Shown here: one piece after another, positions 40,364 to 50,939 of the stretch
How the letters are laid out: every line of letters begins with the position of its first letter
How positions within the stretch are numbered: position 1 is the first letter of the stretch
Origin: Deltaproteobacteria bacterium
GTDB lineage: Bacteria > Myxococcota_A > Polyangia > Polyangiales > Houyiibacteriaceae
Assembly: GCA_034670305.1 (NCBI GenBank)
Contig: JAXMNT010000026.1
Coordinates: forward strand, 25,402-89,401
Reading direction: 5' to 3'
DNA length: 64,000 nucleotides
Notes under the pieces: generated by a model
Databases searched by the model: none
What the model was told of the DNA's origin: nothing
Seen by the model: the letters and a program-made list of their open reading frames with translations, nothing else
Made by a program: the position numbers and the translations under genes

Positions 40364-40426
40364 TGGTCGGACCAATGTGAGCACACGCATGCTTCGGCGT
40401 TGCCATTCTACATTGGTCGGACCAAT
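40364..40426. promoter_or_regulatory. Two palindromic GntR-type operator sites TGGTCGGACCA, about 50 bp apart; the second (ATTGGTCGGACCAAT) abuts the ATG
   Basis: Both are perfect palindromes of the tGGTCnGACCa GntR/FadR type, located upstream of and overlapping the regulator start. Confidence 0.55.
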
Positions 40427-41215
40427 ATGTCAGACATGCCGACGCCGTCCAAGGACCGACTTCCGCTCGTCGAACAATGCACCCAACGTCTTCGGCGGGC
40501 GGTGCTCGACGGGACCTACCCGCCCGAGACCCGGCTCCCTTCCGAACGCACCCTGTCCGAACAGCTCGGGCTCAACCGGGTCACCGTCCGCAGCGCGATG
40601 ACCCACCTCGTCGCGGGCGGACTGCTCGAGGCGCGGGTGGGAAGCGGCTACTGGGTGAAGGACTTCCGGCGCTTCGGCGGGCTCGATCTGCTGCCGGTGC
40701 TCGTCGAGTTCGAGGACCCCGTGCCGCTCGCCCGCGACCTGCTTGCCATCCGCCGCCAGCTCGCCGCGATGGTGCTCGAACAAGTGCGGGCGGTGGCCGA
40801 CGAAGCCGGCTCCGAGTTCGAGAAGGCGGACCGGCTCTACTACCTCGAGGACGCGATCGCGCACCTGGCCACCTTGGTCGACGAAGGCGCAACGCGGGCC
40901 GAGCTGGCGGACGCCGACCTCGAGGTCATCGCGCGCCTGGTCGAGATCACGGGCAGCCGCGCACTGCAGCTCTGCTTCAACCCACTCGCCCGCGTGGTCC
41001 ACGACTTCCCCGCCCTGCGGGATGCGCTCTACGCGGAGCCGTCCAAGAACCTCGTGGCGTACAAGGCGTTGCTTCGCTGGATTCAGGGCGCGACCGACGC
41101 CGACCCGGCCGCGCTGTTGAAGGCGATGGCGGCTCGGGACCGGGCGACAGTGACCGCACTCGAGCGCTCCCAGAAACGCATGTCCGGGCGCACGTCCCCG
41201 AAGAGGCCCTCATGA
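40427..41215 (+). CDS. GntR-family transcriptional regulator (FCD/FadR-like C-terminal domain)
   Basis: It has a winged HTH (RLPSERTLSEQLGLNRVTVRSAM) and an all-helical C-terminal domain. Confidence 0.7.
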   Translation: MSDMPTPSKDRLPLVEQCTQRLRRAVLDGTYPPETRLPSERTLSEQLGLNRVTVRSAMTHLVAGGLLEARVGSGYWVKDFRRFGGLDLLPVLVEFEDPVPLARDLLAIRRQLAAMVLEQVRAVADEAGSEFEKADRLYYLEDAIAHLATLVDEGATRAELADADLEVIARLVEITGSRALQLCFNPLARVVHDFPALRDALYAEPSKNLVAYKALLRWIQGATDADPAALLKAMAARDRATVTALERSQKRMSGRTSPKRPS

Positions 41216-41964
41216 GTACCGCATCGCCAGCACACCCTCAGCCACACCCAGCCGCTCGCCCCACGCCATCTTCGCGGAGAACCCCCATTCCGGCGCACGC
41301 GCTCGGGCTGCTGTTCCCCCGAGCCATCGCGGAGAACCTGGAGCGACTTCGCCAGTCGGGCATGCTCGCACCCGACGAGGTCCCGAACCTCTGGCAGGTC
41401 CAGCTCGGGGTCGCCCGCATGTGGCACCGCGTCTTCTTCCGGCCTGAGAGCATCGGCACCTGCACCGACTTCGAACCCCGCCGCACCTGGCGGGCGCGCT
41501 TGCTCGAGAAGCGCGCGCTGCGGTTCCCGTTCTTGCTGCGCGAGCGCGCGGTGCATCCGCTCGACTTCTCGGGACTCGCCTCGTCGCCCTCGCGCATCGT
41601 CCGGCACCTGCTCGGCGCGCACCACGACGGGGTGCAGTTCGCGTACGACCTCGAGATCCTGTCGATGTCGCCCGAACACCTCGACGCGCTCGAAACCGAA
41701 GCGCGGCAGGTGGTCGACGGAAGCCATCCGCGGGGCGAGTGGCTCAGAGATCTGGTCGTCTACGAGCGCTACCACGAGCACCTGCTCGCGGCGGTCGAGC
41801 AGTTCCGGGCCGACGCCCTCGAGGTGCCCGAACACCAGCAGGACGACCCCGACATCCTCTTCCGCGCCTACATGCGCTGGTGTGCGCGCCAGCCCGCGAC
41901 CCCGGCCGCCACCTGGCGCGCCTTCCGCGCGGGCACCTTCCGCCTGCCTGGGGGCGCGACCTGA
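41212..41964 (+). CDS. Hypothetical protein co-transcribed with the GntR regulator
   Basis: It overlaps the regulator through ATGA. No family is recognised. Confidence 0.4.
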   Translation: MSTASPAHPQPHPAARPTPSSRRTPIPAHALGLLFPRAIAENLERLRQSGMLAPDEVPNLWQVQLGVARMWHRVFFRPESIGTCTDFEPRRTWRARLLEKRALRFPFLLRERAVHPLDFSGLASSPSRIVRHLLGAHHDGVQFAYDLEILSMSPEHLDALETEARQVVDGSHPRGEWLRDLVVYERYHEHLLAAVEQFRADALEVPEHQQDDPDILFRAYMRWCARQPATPAATWRAFRAGTFRLPGGAT

Positions 41965-41986
41965 CGACAGCGACGCCCGAGTTCGT

Positions 41987-43757
41987 TCAGGGCGCCAGCA
42001 CGCGGACGGCGCGGTGCAGTCGGTCGTCTCGCCCGTCGCTGCCGAAGTAGACCATCTCTACCTGCGCGTCGGAGGCCATGGCCGCCGCGTGCCGCACCCC
42101 GAGTTGCTCCGAGCCGCGCCCCTCGGGCGCCAAGATCTCGTCGTCGACCAGCCGCCAGTGAAGGAACTCCGCCGACGAGAAGAGCGCGATCTGTTCGCGC
42201 GTCCCGTGCCGCACCGTCACCGCGAGTTGGTAGGCGGCCTGGACCACCTGCAGCGACGGGGCGCTCACTCCGTCGCCCCGAAGTAGACCGGTCGGAACGG
42301 TGCTCCACCGCGTCCAGAGCAGTCCGTTCTCCGACGCGTACGCGACCAGATCCGCGCCATCCATGGCGACCATCGCGAACCGGTAGGCGTGACTCTCCGC
42401 CGCGATGGACACCACGCTGACCTCACGAAGCGAGGCTCCGTCCGCCAAGCTGATGCCCATCGGTGCGATGAAACGCGCGCCGTCGAAGGTCCATCGGTGG
42501 ATCCCCGCCGGGCTCCGGGCGTAGAGCATGAGCGTGCCGTCCGAGAGCACCAAGGAGGGTTCGACAAGCGGTCCCCCGACGTCCGAGGTGTCCACGGCGT
42601 CTTCGCCTCGCAGGACGAACCCACTCTCGGTGCCGCCCCGTTGGGCGAGCCGGATCCCGGTGCTGGTCTGGAGCGCGAGCTGCAGCGTGCCTGAGGCATC
42701 CAGCGCGAGGGAGGGCTGTTGGCCGCCCTCGAGTTCCACCGCGGTGGGGTTCGAGGGCAAGCGGAACTCGACCAGCGTTCGGTCCCTCCACGCGCGCGGC
42801 ATGTCACATCCCGAGGCCGTGATCTGGAGTTCGGAGAGGCGGGCCCCAACCGGTCCCGACCCGTCCGGGTTCTCGCTTCGTCCCCACACCGCGAGGTGCG
42901 CCGACGCGGGCGGAATGAAGGGCACCTCCTCCGACACTTCGGTCCCCAGGGTCACGGTCGCCGTTCCCGTGGGCGCCACGGTCAACGACCACGGTCCAGC
43001 GGGGTTGGTCAGGTCCGCGAGCGGGAACCTTCGGGCCACCCGGCCGTGCACGAGCAGAAGCACTTCGCGCGGGCTCAGCTCGAGGCCCACGAGCGCGTCG
43101 ACGTGCGCGGTCGCACCGCTCGGCCGCGTCGTCGCCAGGCCCACCGCCGCACTCTCGAGACAGTCCGTGCACTCCGGCCGGCCGAACGAGACGTCGAAGT
43201 GCAACTGCTCGCGGCGCAGGTCGACCTCTCGACCGACGAGCCCGCTGTCGAACTCCGCGTCTCCGCCAAGCGCGAGTCCGCCGTGAAAGAACGGGGCCGG
43301 GGAGCCGAACTCGGTCCAGGCCCCAAGGGGCGCGCAGCTCGTGACCGGCGCCGCGCACCCGTCGAACGCGCCGGGCCCGAACGCGACCGGCGTGTCTTGC
43401 AGCACGCAGCAGTTGGTGGTGCCGACGCAGCAGCTCACGAGGTTCACGCAGCCGGTGTCGGCGCAATCGACCGCGCCCGAACCGTCGTTGTCGTCCCCGT
43501 CGTAACAGGTGTTGGTGGCGGTCGACGCATCGTCGCCTTCGCCGCCCGACGCGAAGAGCTCGCCCCGGACCGAATCCATCGGCGGAAGCCCTGGTTCGAG
43601 GTTCGGAAGGCCCGCGTCTTCAAAGAGGCCAGGTGCGTCGCCGCGCGGGCCGACGTCGCTCGCGGCCGCATCCGGCGCGGTGCCTGCGTCGACCGCGCCG
43701 ATGACCGGCTCTCCGCACGAGATCACCGAGAGCACGAGCAGTGTCGCGAGCTTCATC
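41987..43757 (-). CDS. Paralog 1: lipoprotein with a CxDGxDNDGxGxxDCxDxxC...CC module and a large beta-rich C-terminal domain
   Basis: It has a lipobox (SVISCG), an acidic linker, and TCYDGDDNDGSGAVDCADTGC...SCC, followed by about 450 aa. Confidence 0.6.
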
Positions 43758-43781
43758 ACGCCCCACCTCTGACCCTGGCGA

Positions 43782-45617
43782 TCATGTGCCACCTGCAAAA
43801 CGAGCGTCGCTCGGCGCGGTGCGGCGCACTTCGGACGCCACCGAACGGTCTCCGCGCAGACCGACGAAGAAGAGCCGCAGCGCATCGCCCTGCGACACGG
43901 CGCTCGCCCCCGACGCGCCGAGCGGATGCGCGTCTCGTTCTGCCAGGACCTCGTCGTGGACTGCCCGCCACGCGACGAGCTCATCCGACGCCCACAGCGC
44001 GATGCGCCGGTGGGTGCCGCGTGCGAACGTCGTGTAGAGGCGGTAGCTCCCCGCGTGCACGGTGATCGACGCGTGGATCGCGCCGGCGGTCTGGGCCCGC
44101 AGGTTCAGCCCAGTCTCTTCCCAGCCGCCTCGACCCGGGCGCTGGACGAACACGCGCACTCCGTTGTCCACCGCGACGAAGATCTCGTGGCCGCCGTGGT
44201 GCAGCAGTTGAAACGAACGCCAGGGGACCGCCGGGAGTGTGCGCTCGACCGGGGCGGTCCATCCAAGGTCCGTTCGGAACTGATCGATGAACACCGTGCG
44301 CACGGGCGCGCCGTCCATGTCTTCTTCGACGGCCGCCACCAGCCGCAGCCGCCCCGTCGCGTCGACCACGAGCGTCACCCCACCCCACCGGTCCGCCCAC
44401 TCCGGCAGCGTCGGCGGCGACACCGTCTCGAAACCAGAATCGCCTTCGCGCGCGACGCGGATCTCGTTGTCGCTGACCCGGTACGCGAGCCAAACCGCGT
44501 CCTGCCAGAAGGCGGCGCTCAGCACCTCGGGCTCGTCGACGATGGGTGTCGACCCATCGAAGAGAGGCAGGTTCGAGGTGGGCGACCAGGTGGTCGGCAT
44601 GTCGCACGCCGAGAGTCCGACCTGCAGACTGGAGAGACGCACGCGGCTCTCCCCGTCCGGCAATCCGCCGCTCGGGTTCTCCGTGTGGCCCCAGACGACG
44701 AGCGTGGCCGACGGGGCGACCGGAAACTGGTGCGAGAGCATGCGGCCGTCGTCGCTGGTCGCGCGGGCTTGACCGTCGGGCGTCAACTCGAGGGTCCACG
44801 CTTCAGCACTCGACGTCGAAAGCACATCGGTCTGAGCGACGACCCGACCCTCCACGAGCAGGTGCATGCGGCCGCGGGCGGGCGAGAGCTGAAGGGCGAC
44901 GAGCGGTTCGACATGCTGGGTGTTGCTGAGATCTCCATGGGTGGTGAATCCAACCGCGACGCTCTCGAGACAGCGCGCCTCACCGGTGCAGGTGCCGCGT
45001 TCGAAGCCCGCGCGGATCTCGGCGCGGTGGATGCGCAGGTCGAGCGGTGCGGCCAGGAGCACGCCGCTGTCGTATTCCGCGTCGCCACCCGGCGCGAGAC
45101 CGCCCGCGTCGTGGAACGGACCCGGGCTGCCGAACGCGCGCGGCGCCAAACCCGCAATGCAGTCCATGAGCTCGGCTTCGCCACAGGAGAACTCCTCGAG
45201 CGGCACGGGCGCTTCGCGGACCGCGGCGCAACCGACCTCGCCGATGCAACAGCTGGCAAGCGAGGAACACTGCGGGTCCGCGCAGTCGGTCAGTCCGGCG
45301 CCCGCGGTTTCCGGTGCGTCGTTGTCGACCGCGTCGTAGCAGGTCGCGCGGAGCGCCGCGGCGTCGTCACCGTCCATGCCCGGCGGCACCGGCGCTTCGG
45401 CAGAGAATGCTCCCGCGCGGCTGGGATCGGCCGGCACACCACCGAAGTCGGTCTCGAACAGACCGCCCGCATCGGCAAACGACGCATCTCGGTCGCCGCC
45501 CACCCCTCCATCCGGACCGGCGTCCTCGTCCTCGACCCCGGTCAGGTCGAAGGCGGCGCATCCCATGGCCAGGGCGAGCGACCAGGCAAGACAGGAAAGT
45601 GGGAGGGAGCGCGACAC
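43782..45617 (-). CDS. Paralog 2 of the same lipoprotein family
   Basis: It has a lipobox (LALAMGC), then CYDAVDNDAPETAGAGLTDCADPQC...SCC, with the same architecture. Confidence 0.6.
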   Translation of the reverse strand: MSRSLPLSCLAWSLALAMGCAAFDLTGVEDEDAGPDGGVGGDRDASFADAGGLFETDFGGVPADPSRAGAFSAEAPVPPGMDGDDAAALRATCYDAVDNDAPETAGAGLTDCADPQCSSLASCCIGEVGCAAVREAPVPLEEFSCGEAELMDCIAGLAPRAFGSPGPFHDAGGLAPGGDAEYDSGVLLAAPLDLRIHRAEIRAGFERGTCTGEARCLESVAVGFTTHGDLSNTQHVEPLVALQLSPARGRMHLLVEGRVVAQTDVLSTSSAEAWTLELTPDGQARATSDDGRMLSHQFPVAPSATLVVWGHTENPSGGLPDGESRVRLSSLQVGLSACDMPTTWSPTSNLPLFDGSTPIVDEPEVLSAAFWQDAVWLAYRVSDNEIRVAREGDSGFETVSPPTLPEWADRWGGVTLVVDATGRLRLVAAVEEDMDGAPVRTVFIDQFRTDLGWTAPVERTLPAVPWRSFQLLHHGGHEIFVAVDNGVRVFVQRPGRGGWEETGLNLRAQTAGAIHASITVHAGSYRLYTTFARGTHRRIALWASDELVAWRAVHDEVLAERDAHPLGASGASAVSQGDALRLFFVGLRGDRSVASEVRRTAPSDARFAGGT

Positions 45618-45801
45618 GGTGGAAACAGAGTAACTTCAATGAGCGTGCCAAGGCTCGAAGTCGTCTTGGGCCTTCGATTGTCCCTCAAAAGCGGGCCGAA
45701 GCGGTCCTCTGCGCCCCGCTATGACAGATCCGCCCGATCGGGCCCGAAGATCTGGCGCGGCCTGACACAGCCCAAGCGGGCCAAGAAGCGGTCGCCAGCG
45801 T

Positions 45802-47538
45802 TCAGATGATGCCGGCTTCGGTCGCGGCGACCCGGAAGGTCGTACCGACCCGCGCGCCCATGCCGTCGTCGCCCACGTAGAGCAGCCGCAGCCCCTCCGG
45901 GGTCGAGGTGGAGGCCGGCGCGGTCACACCCAGCGCATCGAAGCCCTGGCCGGAGCCGCTGAGGACTTCGCCCAGATCCCGCCAGACGACGAGCGCGTCG
46001 CTCACGAAGAGCCGGAGCGACGTCCGGGTGCCGCGGCGGTACGCCACGTGAAGGTGCCACGCGCCGTTGTGCGCCGAGAGCGCGAGTCCGCCCACGCTCT
46101 CGCCATCGCGGGATGTGGGCACGTGGAGGTCCGCACCGGGAAGCACGCTGCCGCCCTCTTGGTACACGGTCCACCCCGCCGATGTCTGCGCCGCCATGAC
46201 GAACAGGCCGCCTTCGGTTCGGGCAACGACGGGTTCGAATGCGTCGCGAAGCACCACGGTCCCGACGTTCCCGAACGAGTCGCCTTCCGCGGGCATGCGC
46301 TCGATCGTGGGCGAGCCATCGGCGCGCCGCACCGTGAGGTACAAGTGCCAGTTCGTCCCATCGTGATCGAGTTCCGGATCCTCGAAGGTCTCGTCGCCGA
46401 GCGGGCGCACGGTCTCCCCGACGACCAAGGTCTCGCCCTCGATGCGGCCGAGCTGAACGACGTCGTTCTGCATCCACGCGACCCGCACTTCGCCGCCGGC
46501 CGAGTGCACGGTCGGCGTCTCTCCCTCGGCCAGGACGGAGCGCTCCGACCAAGCGGTGGGGATGTCGCAGAGAGACAGCCTCGTGGAGAGCGCCCGGACC
46601 CGCGCAGGACTCAACGACCCGGCGTCGGTGTTGCGGGCGCGTCCGTAGAGCGCAACCCGCGCAAGCCCCGTCTCTGACGGGAGAAACACTGTTTCGTAGT
46701 CGAACGTATCCGACCCGAGCACCACCGACACATCGCCGGTCGGTCGCACGATCAGTCCCACCGTGAAGTCATCGGTGCGGGGCACGTCGTGGCGCCCTTG
46801 CTCGCGGCCGCCGACGAGCAGCATCAGCCGCGACTGCGAGCCGCTGTAGACCAGCGCGACTTCTGAATCGGCGAGCACCCCCGCCCCCGTCTCGGGCAGG
46901 TTGGAGACCAAACCGAGCACGGTCGTCTCGAGACAATCGGAGCCGCATGTCTGGGGCGGCGAGATCGTCGCGCTCAGCTCCACCCGCTGGGTGGTCAGGT
47001 CGATCGGTGCACCGAAGAGCGCGCCGCCTTCCCCGAATGCGTCACCCCGCATCACCAGGCCCTCGGCCGTCGTCTCGAGACCGAGACCGAACGGCGTGGC
47101 GGTCGGTGCGCAGCTGCCGAGATCCGCGCCGCACAGGGTCAGGTCCATCGTGCCGACCGAGGTGTCGGTGCAGCAGTCGCCGTTGCCAGTGCAGCAGTAA
47201 CCGAGCGAGGCGCAACGTGCGTCCTCGCAGTCGATGATGCCGCTCCCGTCGTTGTCCTCGCCGTCGGCACAGGTCAGGACGTAGTCGTTCGCGTCGAGCC
47301 CGACGTCCGGGTCGGCTTCGCCCGCCACCCGGCTCGGGTCGGCGCGGAGCCCTTGCGGGCTGGATTCGGGCCCACCGTCGGCTCCGGCACCGACGTCTTC
47401 CGGCGCCATGCCGCCATCGAACGTTTCGCCAGCGTCGTCGACTCCGACCGGCGGGTAGGTGTCGCCCGCGTCGCCACACCCGACGAAGCACGCCGCGAAA
47501 GCGAACCAGACGAGAGGGGACGAGGTGAGGTGTGTCAT
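45802..47538 (-). CDS. Paralog 3 of the same lipoprotein family
   Basis: It has a lipobox (FVGC), then CADGEDNDGSGIIDCEDARC...YCC. Confidence 0.6.
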   Translation of the reverse strand: MTHLTSSPLVWFAFAACFVGCGDAGDTYPPVGVDDAGETFDGGMAPEDVGAGADGGPESSPQGLRADPSRVAGEADPDVGLDANDYVLTCADGEDNDGSGIIDCEDARCASLGYCCTGNGDCCTDTSVGTMDLTLCGADLGSCAPTATPFGLGLETTAEGLVMRGDAFGEGGALFGAPIDLTTQRVELSATISPPQTCGSDCLETTVLGLVSNLPETGAGVLADSEVALVYSGSQSRLMLLVGGREQGRHDVPRTDDFTVGLIVRPTGDVSVVLGSDTFDYETVFLPSETGLARVALYGRARNTDAGSLSPARVRALSTRLSLCDIPTAWSERSVLAEGETPTVHSAGGEVRVAWMQNDVVQLGRIEGETLVVGETVRPLGDETFEDPELDHDGTNWHLYLTVRRADGSPTIERMPAEGDSFGNVGTVVLRDAFEPVVARTEGGLFVMAAQTSAGWTVYQEGGSVLPGADLHVPTSRDGESVGGLALSAHNGAWHLHVAYRRGTRTSLRLFVSDALVVWRDLGEVLSGSGQGFDALGVTAPASTSTPEGLRLLYVGDDGMGARVGTTFRVAATEAGII

Positions 47539-49505
47539 AGGCTCAGCGGGTTCCAGACCTGGTCGAGCGGGAAGAGCTCGAAGCGACGACCGCTCTCACC
47601 AATAGGCACCTTTCGTGCCACGAGAAACCGCAGGTCCGCCGTGCCGGTTCGCCGCGCGACCGTGAAGGACTCGATGGAGCACCCGACACAGCCGTTGGAG
47701 AACGCAGGCATCGACGCTTCGAGGACCGGGTTCGCTGGGTAGGGTTGGAACGTCGGTGCCTGGTCGGCGCCGTCCTTCGGCTGACCAAGCGCCAGGCCGA
47801 TCGCCACTTCGCCGTCGATGAAGCCGGCGAACCAGAGCCGGAACACCGGCGCCGTCCCATCGGTCCGGTCCACGACCACCTCGGGGTTGAAGATCTCGCC
47901 TCCGAACCGGCCGAAATCGGTGCCCGGCGCAAACACCGGAAGCGACGGCTCGCCCTCCACCGGGCGGATGGTCACCAGCAGCGTGAGGTTCTGCATGCGC
48001 AGGTGGGTGTCGCCGGTGCGCGCCACGCAGGTGAAAAAGAGCCAGGCGTTCGCCGCATCGCCCGGGTTCGAGACCAGGAAGGGATCCCGGAGCGAGCGGC
48101 AGTCGGTCTCGCGCGCGACGTCGAGGACCAGCCGCTCCGGGCCGATCGGACCCACCGAAGGTTCTTCGTCCAGCTCCTGGATGTGGATCGAGTAGGCGTC
48201 GTCGTTCAAGGCCGACTTGGCGTACAGGACGTAGAGCGTGTCGGCGCCCTCGAAGAGCGAAGGATCGCGCACCTTGTCGGCCGGCGGCGCGCCGGGACAC
48301 GTGCCATCCCAGCACGACGGCGGCTGCGCGCCGAGCTGAGGCGTCTCGGACGAGTTCAGCCACTGGTCGTTCCAGCTTCCGGGCGTCTGTCGGGCATGGC
48401 CGATCGACCACCCCACCGCGGCGGTCGTCTCGATCTCGGGTTGGTCGTTGGTGGCTTCGGCGACGACTTGCCAGTTGCCGTCGACGAACAAAAGGCCCGG
48501 CGATCCGATCGCCTCGTCCGCCCACTCGTCTCCAGAGGATGGCGGAGAGAAACTGAGCGAGCTGGTCAGCACCAGTTCTTCGCCAGACGTGAGCGGGTTG
48601 TCGGTGGTGCCGAACTGGTTCGGGTTCGTGCATTGGCCACTGAGGATGTCCACGTCGCCTTGGACGTGAATCGCGTTGCCGCGTCCTTCCACGGCCACGA
48701 AGAGTCCGCCGATGTTCGCGCACGCGCCGGTCTGGGTAAGGTTGCGAAGATCGATCGGCGCCGCCTGGAAGACGCCGTCCGCCCCGATCCGCACGGTCGG
48801 AAGGAGCGCCGGTCGATCCCCATCGAACCCGGGTACGAGCGAGATCACGACCGAGTGTTCGCCGATGCCGAGGCTGCCCGAGGACGATTCGTCGCCGGCC
48901 TGGGTCACGGAGAAGTCGCCGCCTGCGCTGACCGTCACCGACAGCTCGTCGGCCAACCGCGGCCGTCCGCCCTGGGTCCGGACGGGGCTGAGTGTGACCG
49001 CCGCGTATTCGCAGTCTCCGTCCGTGCATGTCTCGCCCGTGACGTCGAAGCGCACGCTCACGCGGCCCCCGCCCGCGAAGGGGACGCAGTCCTCGAACAC
49101 GACCCCGTTCGGATCCGCGAAGTCCACCAGTGCACCGCCCATGACCGTCGGCTCCATGCGAGTGGGCGCGCTCCGGTTCCAGTCGCTCAGATCGCCGAAG
49201 CTCGACTGATCGAGCACGGACACCCCAACGTCCGCGTTGCAGCACGACGCGCTCTCGGCGCAGTCGAAGTCCGCGCAGTCGATGAGGCCGTCGAGGTCGT
49301 CGTCCGCCATGTTGTCGCAGACCTCCATCGGCGGCACGAACGCGTCCCCGGTGTCGACCCCGGCGTCTTGTCCCCCGTCGGCTGCGTCGATCGGCGGCGC
49401 GTCCATGCCGCCGGCGTCCTCGACGATCCGGTCGCGGTCGGGCGCATTGAGGAGCGAACATCCGGAGACCGCCGCGAGGGCACAGAAGCAACAGAGCAAG
49501 CGCAT
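47535..49505 (-). CDS. Paralog 4 of the same lipoprotein family (contains an RDP motif)
   Basis: It has a lipobox (AVSGC), then CDNMADDDLDGLIDCADFDC...SCC. Its stop overlaps the start of paralog 3, and its start overlaps the stop of the upstream PEGA gene. Confidence 0.6.
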   Translation of the reverse strand: MRLLCCFCALAAVSGCSLLNAPDRDRIVEDAGGMDAPPIDAADGGQDAGVDTGDAFVPPMEVCDNMADDDLDGLIDCADFDCAESASCCNADVGVSVLDQSSFGDLSDWNRSAPTRMEPTVMGGALVDFADPNGVVFEDCVPFAGGGRVSVRFDVTGETCTDGDCEYAAVTLSPVRTQGGRPRLADELSVTVSAGGDFSVTQAGDESSSGSLGIGEHSVVISLVPGFDGDRPALLPTVRIGADGVFQAAPIDLRNLTQTGACANIGGLFVAVEGRGNAIHVQGDVDILSGQCTNPNQFGTTDNPLTSGEELVLTSSLSFSPPSSGDEWADEAIGSPGLLFVDGNWQVVAEATNDQPEIETTAAVGWSIGHARQTPGSWNDQWLNSSETPQLGAQPPSCWDGTCPGAPPADKVRDPSLFEGADTLYVLYAKSALNDDAYSIHIQELDEEPSVGPIGPERLVLDVARETDCRSLRDPFLVSNPGDAANAWLFFTCVARTGDTHLRMQNLTLLVTIRPVEGEPSLPVFAPGTDFGRFGGEIFNPEVVVDRTDGTAPVFRLWFAGFIDGEVAIGLALGQPKDGADQAPTFQPYPANPVLEASMPAFSNGCVGCSIESFTVARRTGTADLRFLVARKVPIGESGRRFELFPLDQVWNPLSL

Positions 49506-50893
49506 CAGAACGTCCCCCCGAGCGTGGCCACGCCGCCGTTGCGGGTCGGCGCGAGCCCGAACTGCACGTCGGCCTCCGACGGTTCGTCCGGTGCATCCGA
49601 GTTCACCAGGTAGAGGATGAGCGTCGTGATCGCGAGCGCAGCAGCCGCTCCGAGGATGCCGTCTGCGAGGTGGTTCGCCCGGTCGACGTCGTCGGCCATC
49701 GAGGTGCACTGAGACACCGTGCCGCCCGGACACGCGTCTTCGAAGTCGTCCTTCAAGCGCAGGGCCCGGACCATGAGTCCCACCGTCACGGCGGCGGCGG
49801 CGGCGGTCACACCGAGCGCCACGTGCGGCAGCGCCCCGAGCCGGGTGCCTTGTCCGGCAGCACCGAGCCGAACCGCGACGTTCGTCGTCGCACCAGCGCG
49901 CGTTTCGACCGGCGCGACGTAGCGGGCATGGCCCGGCGCGCGGACGTCCACCTCGTGCGGCCCGGGATCGACCTCGATGTCGACCTCGCCCTGACCCACC
50001 AGCCGTCCGTCGACCCGAACTTCAGCCCCCTCGATGCTCGCCACGCGCAGCCGTGCCTGGCCGAGCGGCGCAAGCGTGATCGACACCCGACCGTCTTCGC
50101 CCGGCGCCAGCACGACGTGGCGCACCGCGGTCGGCCGCCCGCTGGCTTCGAGCCGAACCTCATGTTCACCGGGCGACACCTGCTGCGGCCCTGGCTGAAT
50201 CGGCGCGCCGTCGAGGCTGAGCGTGCCGGTCCCCGAAGACGCCGGCGGCACCTCCACGATCAACGTCACCGGCTCGGGGACCAAGCGCCCCTGCACCTCG
50301 GTGGCTTCGCCGAGCACGAGGTTGGTTTCGACTCGGAAGTCCGCGTGGTGGGGTGCCCGGAGGTAGACGACGTGTGCACCGGGCGGCAGCGCGACCTCGA
50401 GCGGGGTCGTGCCGCGGGGCGCGAGGTCCAGCCGGTCCACGAACACCTGGGCGCCCGCCGGCGCACTCGCCACACGCAGCACCGCCACGTGCTGCCGAAG
50501 TTCCGCGATGCGGGCTTCTCCATCGGTGCGCTCTTGGGCGCTCAGCCCGTCGATCGCCAAGTACTCCCGGAAGTACCCGAAGGCTTCGGCCGGTCGCTCG
50601 AGGCGGGTCAGTACGAGCCCCGCGTTGAAGATCGCATTCCGGCTTCGAACGATCCGCACCGTCGACACGAACGCCTCGAGGGCGTCTTCGAGCAACGCGC
50701 GCTGACGGGCACCGCGGGCGCGGTCGGCGCGCTCCAGCAAGCGGTTGCCTCGGTCGAAGAACACCCGCGCTTCGGCGTTGGGATCGTTGACCTGCGCAGA
50801 CGCGACGCTCGGCGGCAGCACGGAGGTGCCCGACAGCAACGGCATGCCGATCGCGATCGAGAAGAGAAGAGGGCGTAAGGAGAAGCGGATCAC
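49505..50893 (-). CDS. Secreted TPR-like plus tandem PEGA-domain protein with a C-terminal TM helix
   Basis: It has a signal peptide and several PEGA motifs (for example LRVASAPAGAQVFVD...PGAHVVYLRA), and is hydrophobic near the C-terminus. Confidence 0.6.
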   Translation of the reverse strand: MIRFSLRPLLFSIAIGMPLLSGTSVLPPSVASAQVNDPNAEARVFFDRGNRLLERADRARGARQRALLEDALEAFVSTVRIVRSRNAIFNAGLVLTRLERPAEAFGYFREYLAIDGLSAQERTDGEARIAELRQHVAVLRVASAPAGAQVFVDRLDLAPRGTTPLEVALPPGAHVVYLRAPHHADFRVETNLVLGEATEVQGRLVPEPVTLIVEVPPASSGTGTLSLDGAPIQPGPQQVSPGEHEVRLEASGRPTAVRHVVLAPGEDGRVSITLAPLGQARLRVASIEGAEVRVDGRLVGQGEVDIEVDPGPHEVDVRAPGHARYVAPVETRAGATTNVAVRLGAAGQGTRLGALPHVALGVTAAAAAVTVGLMVRALRLKDDFEDACPGGTVSQCTSMADDVDRANHLADGILGAAAALAITTLILYLVNSDAPDEPSEADVQFGLAPTRNGGVATLGGTF

Positions 50894-50939
50894 AGAAGTC
50901 GTTCGAAAGCGGAAGAGAGACCGGTGCGTCGGACCGCGG

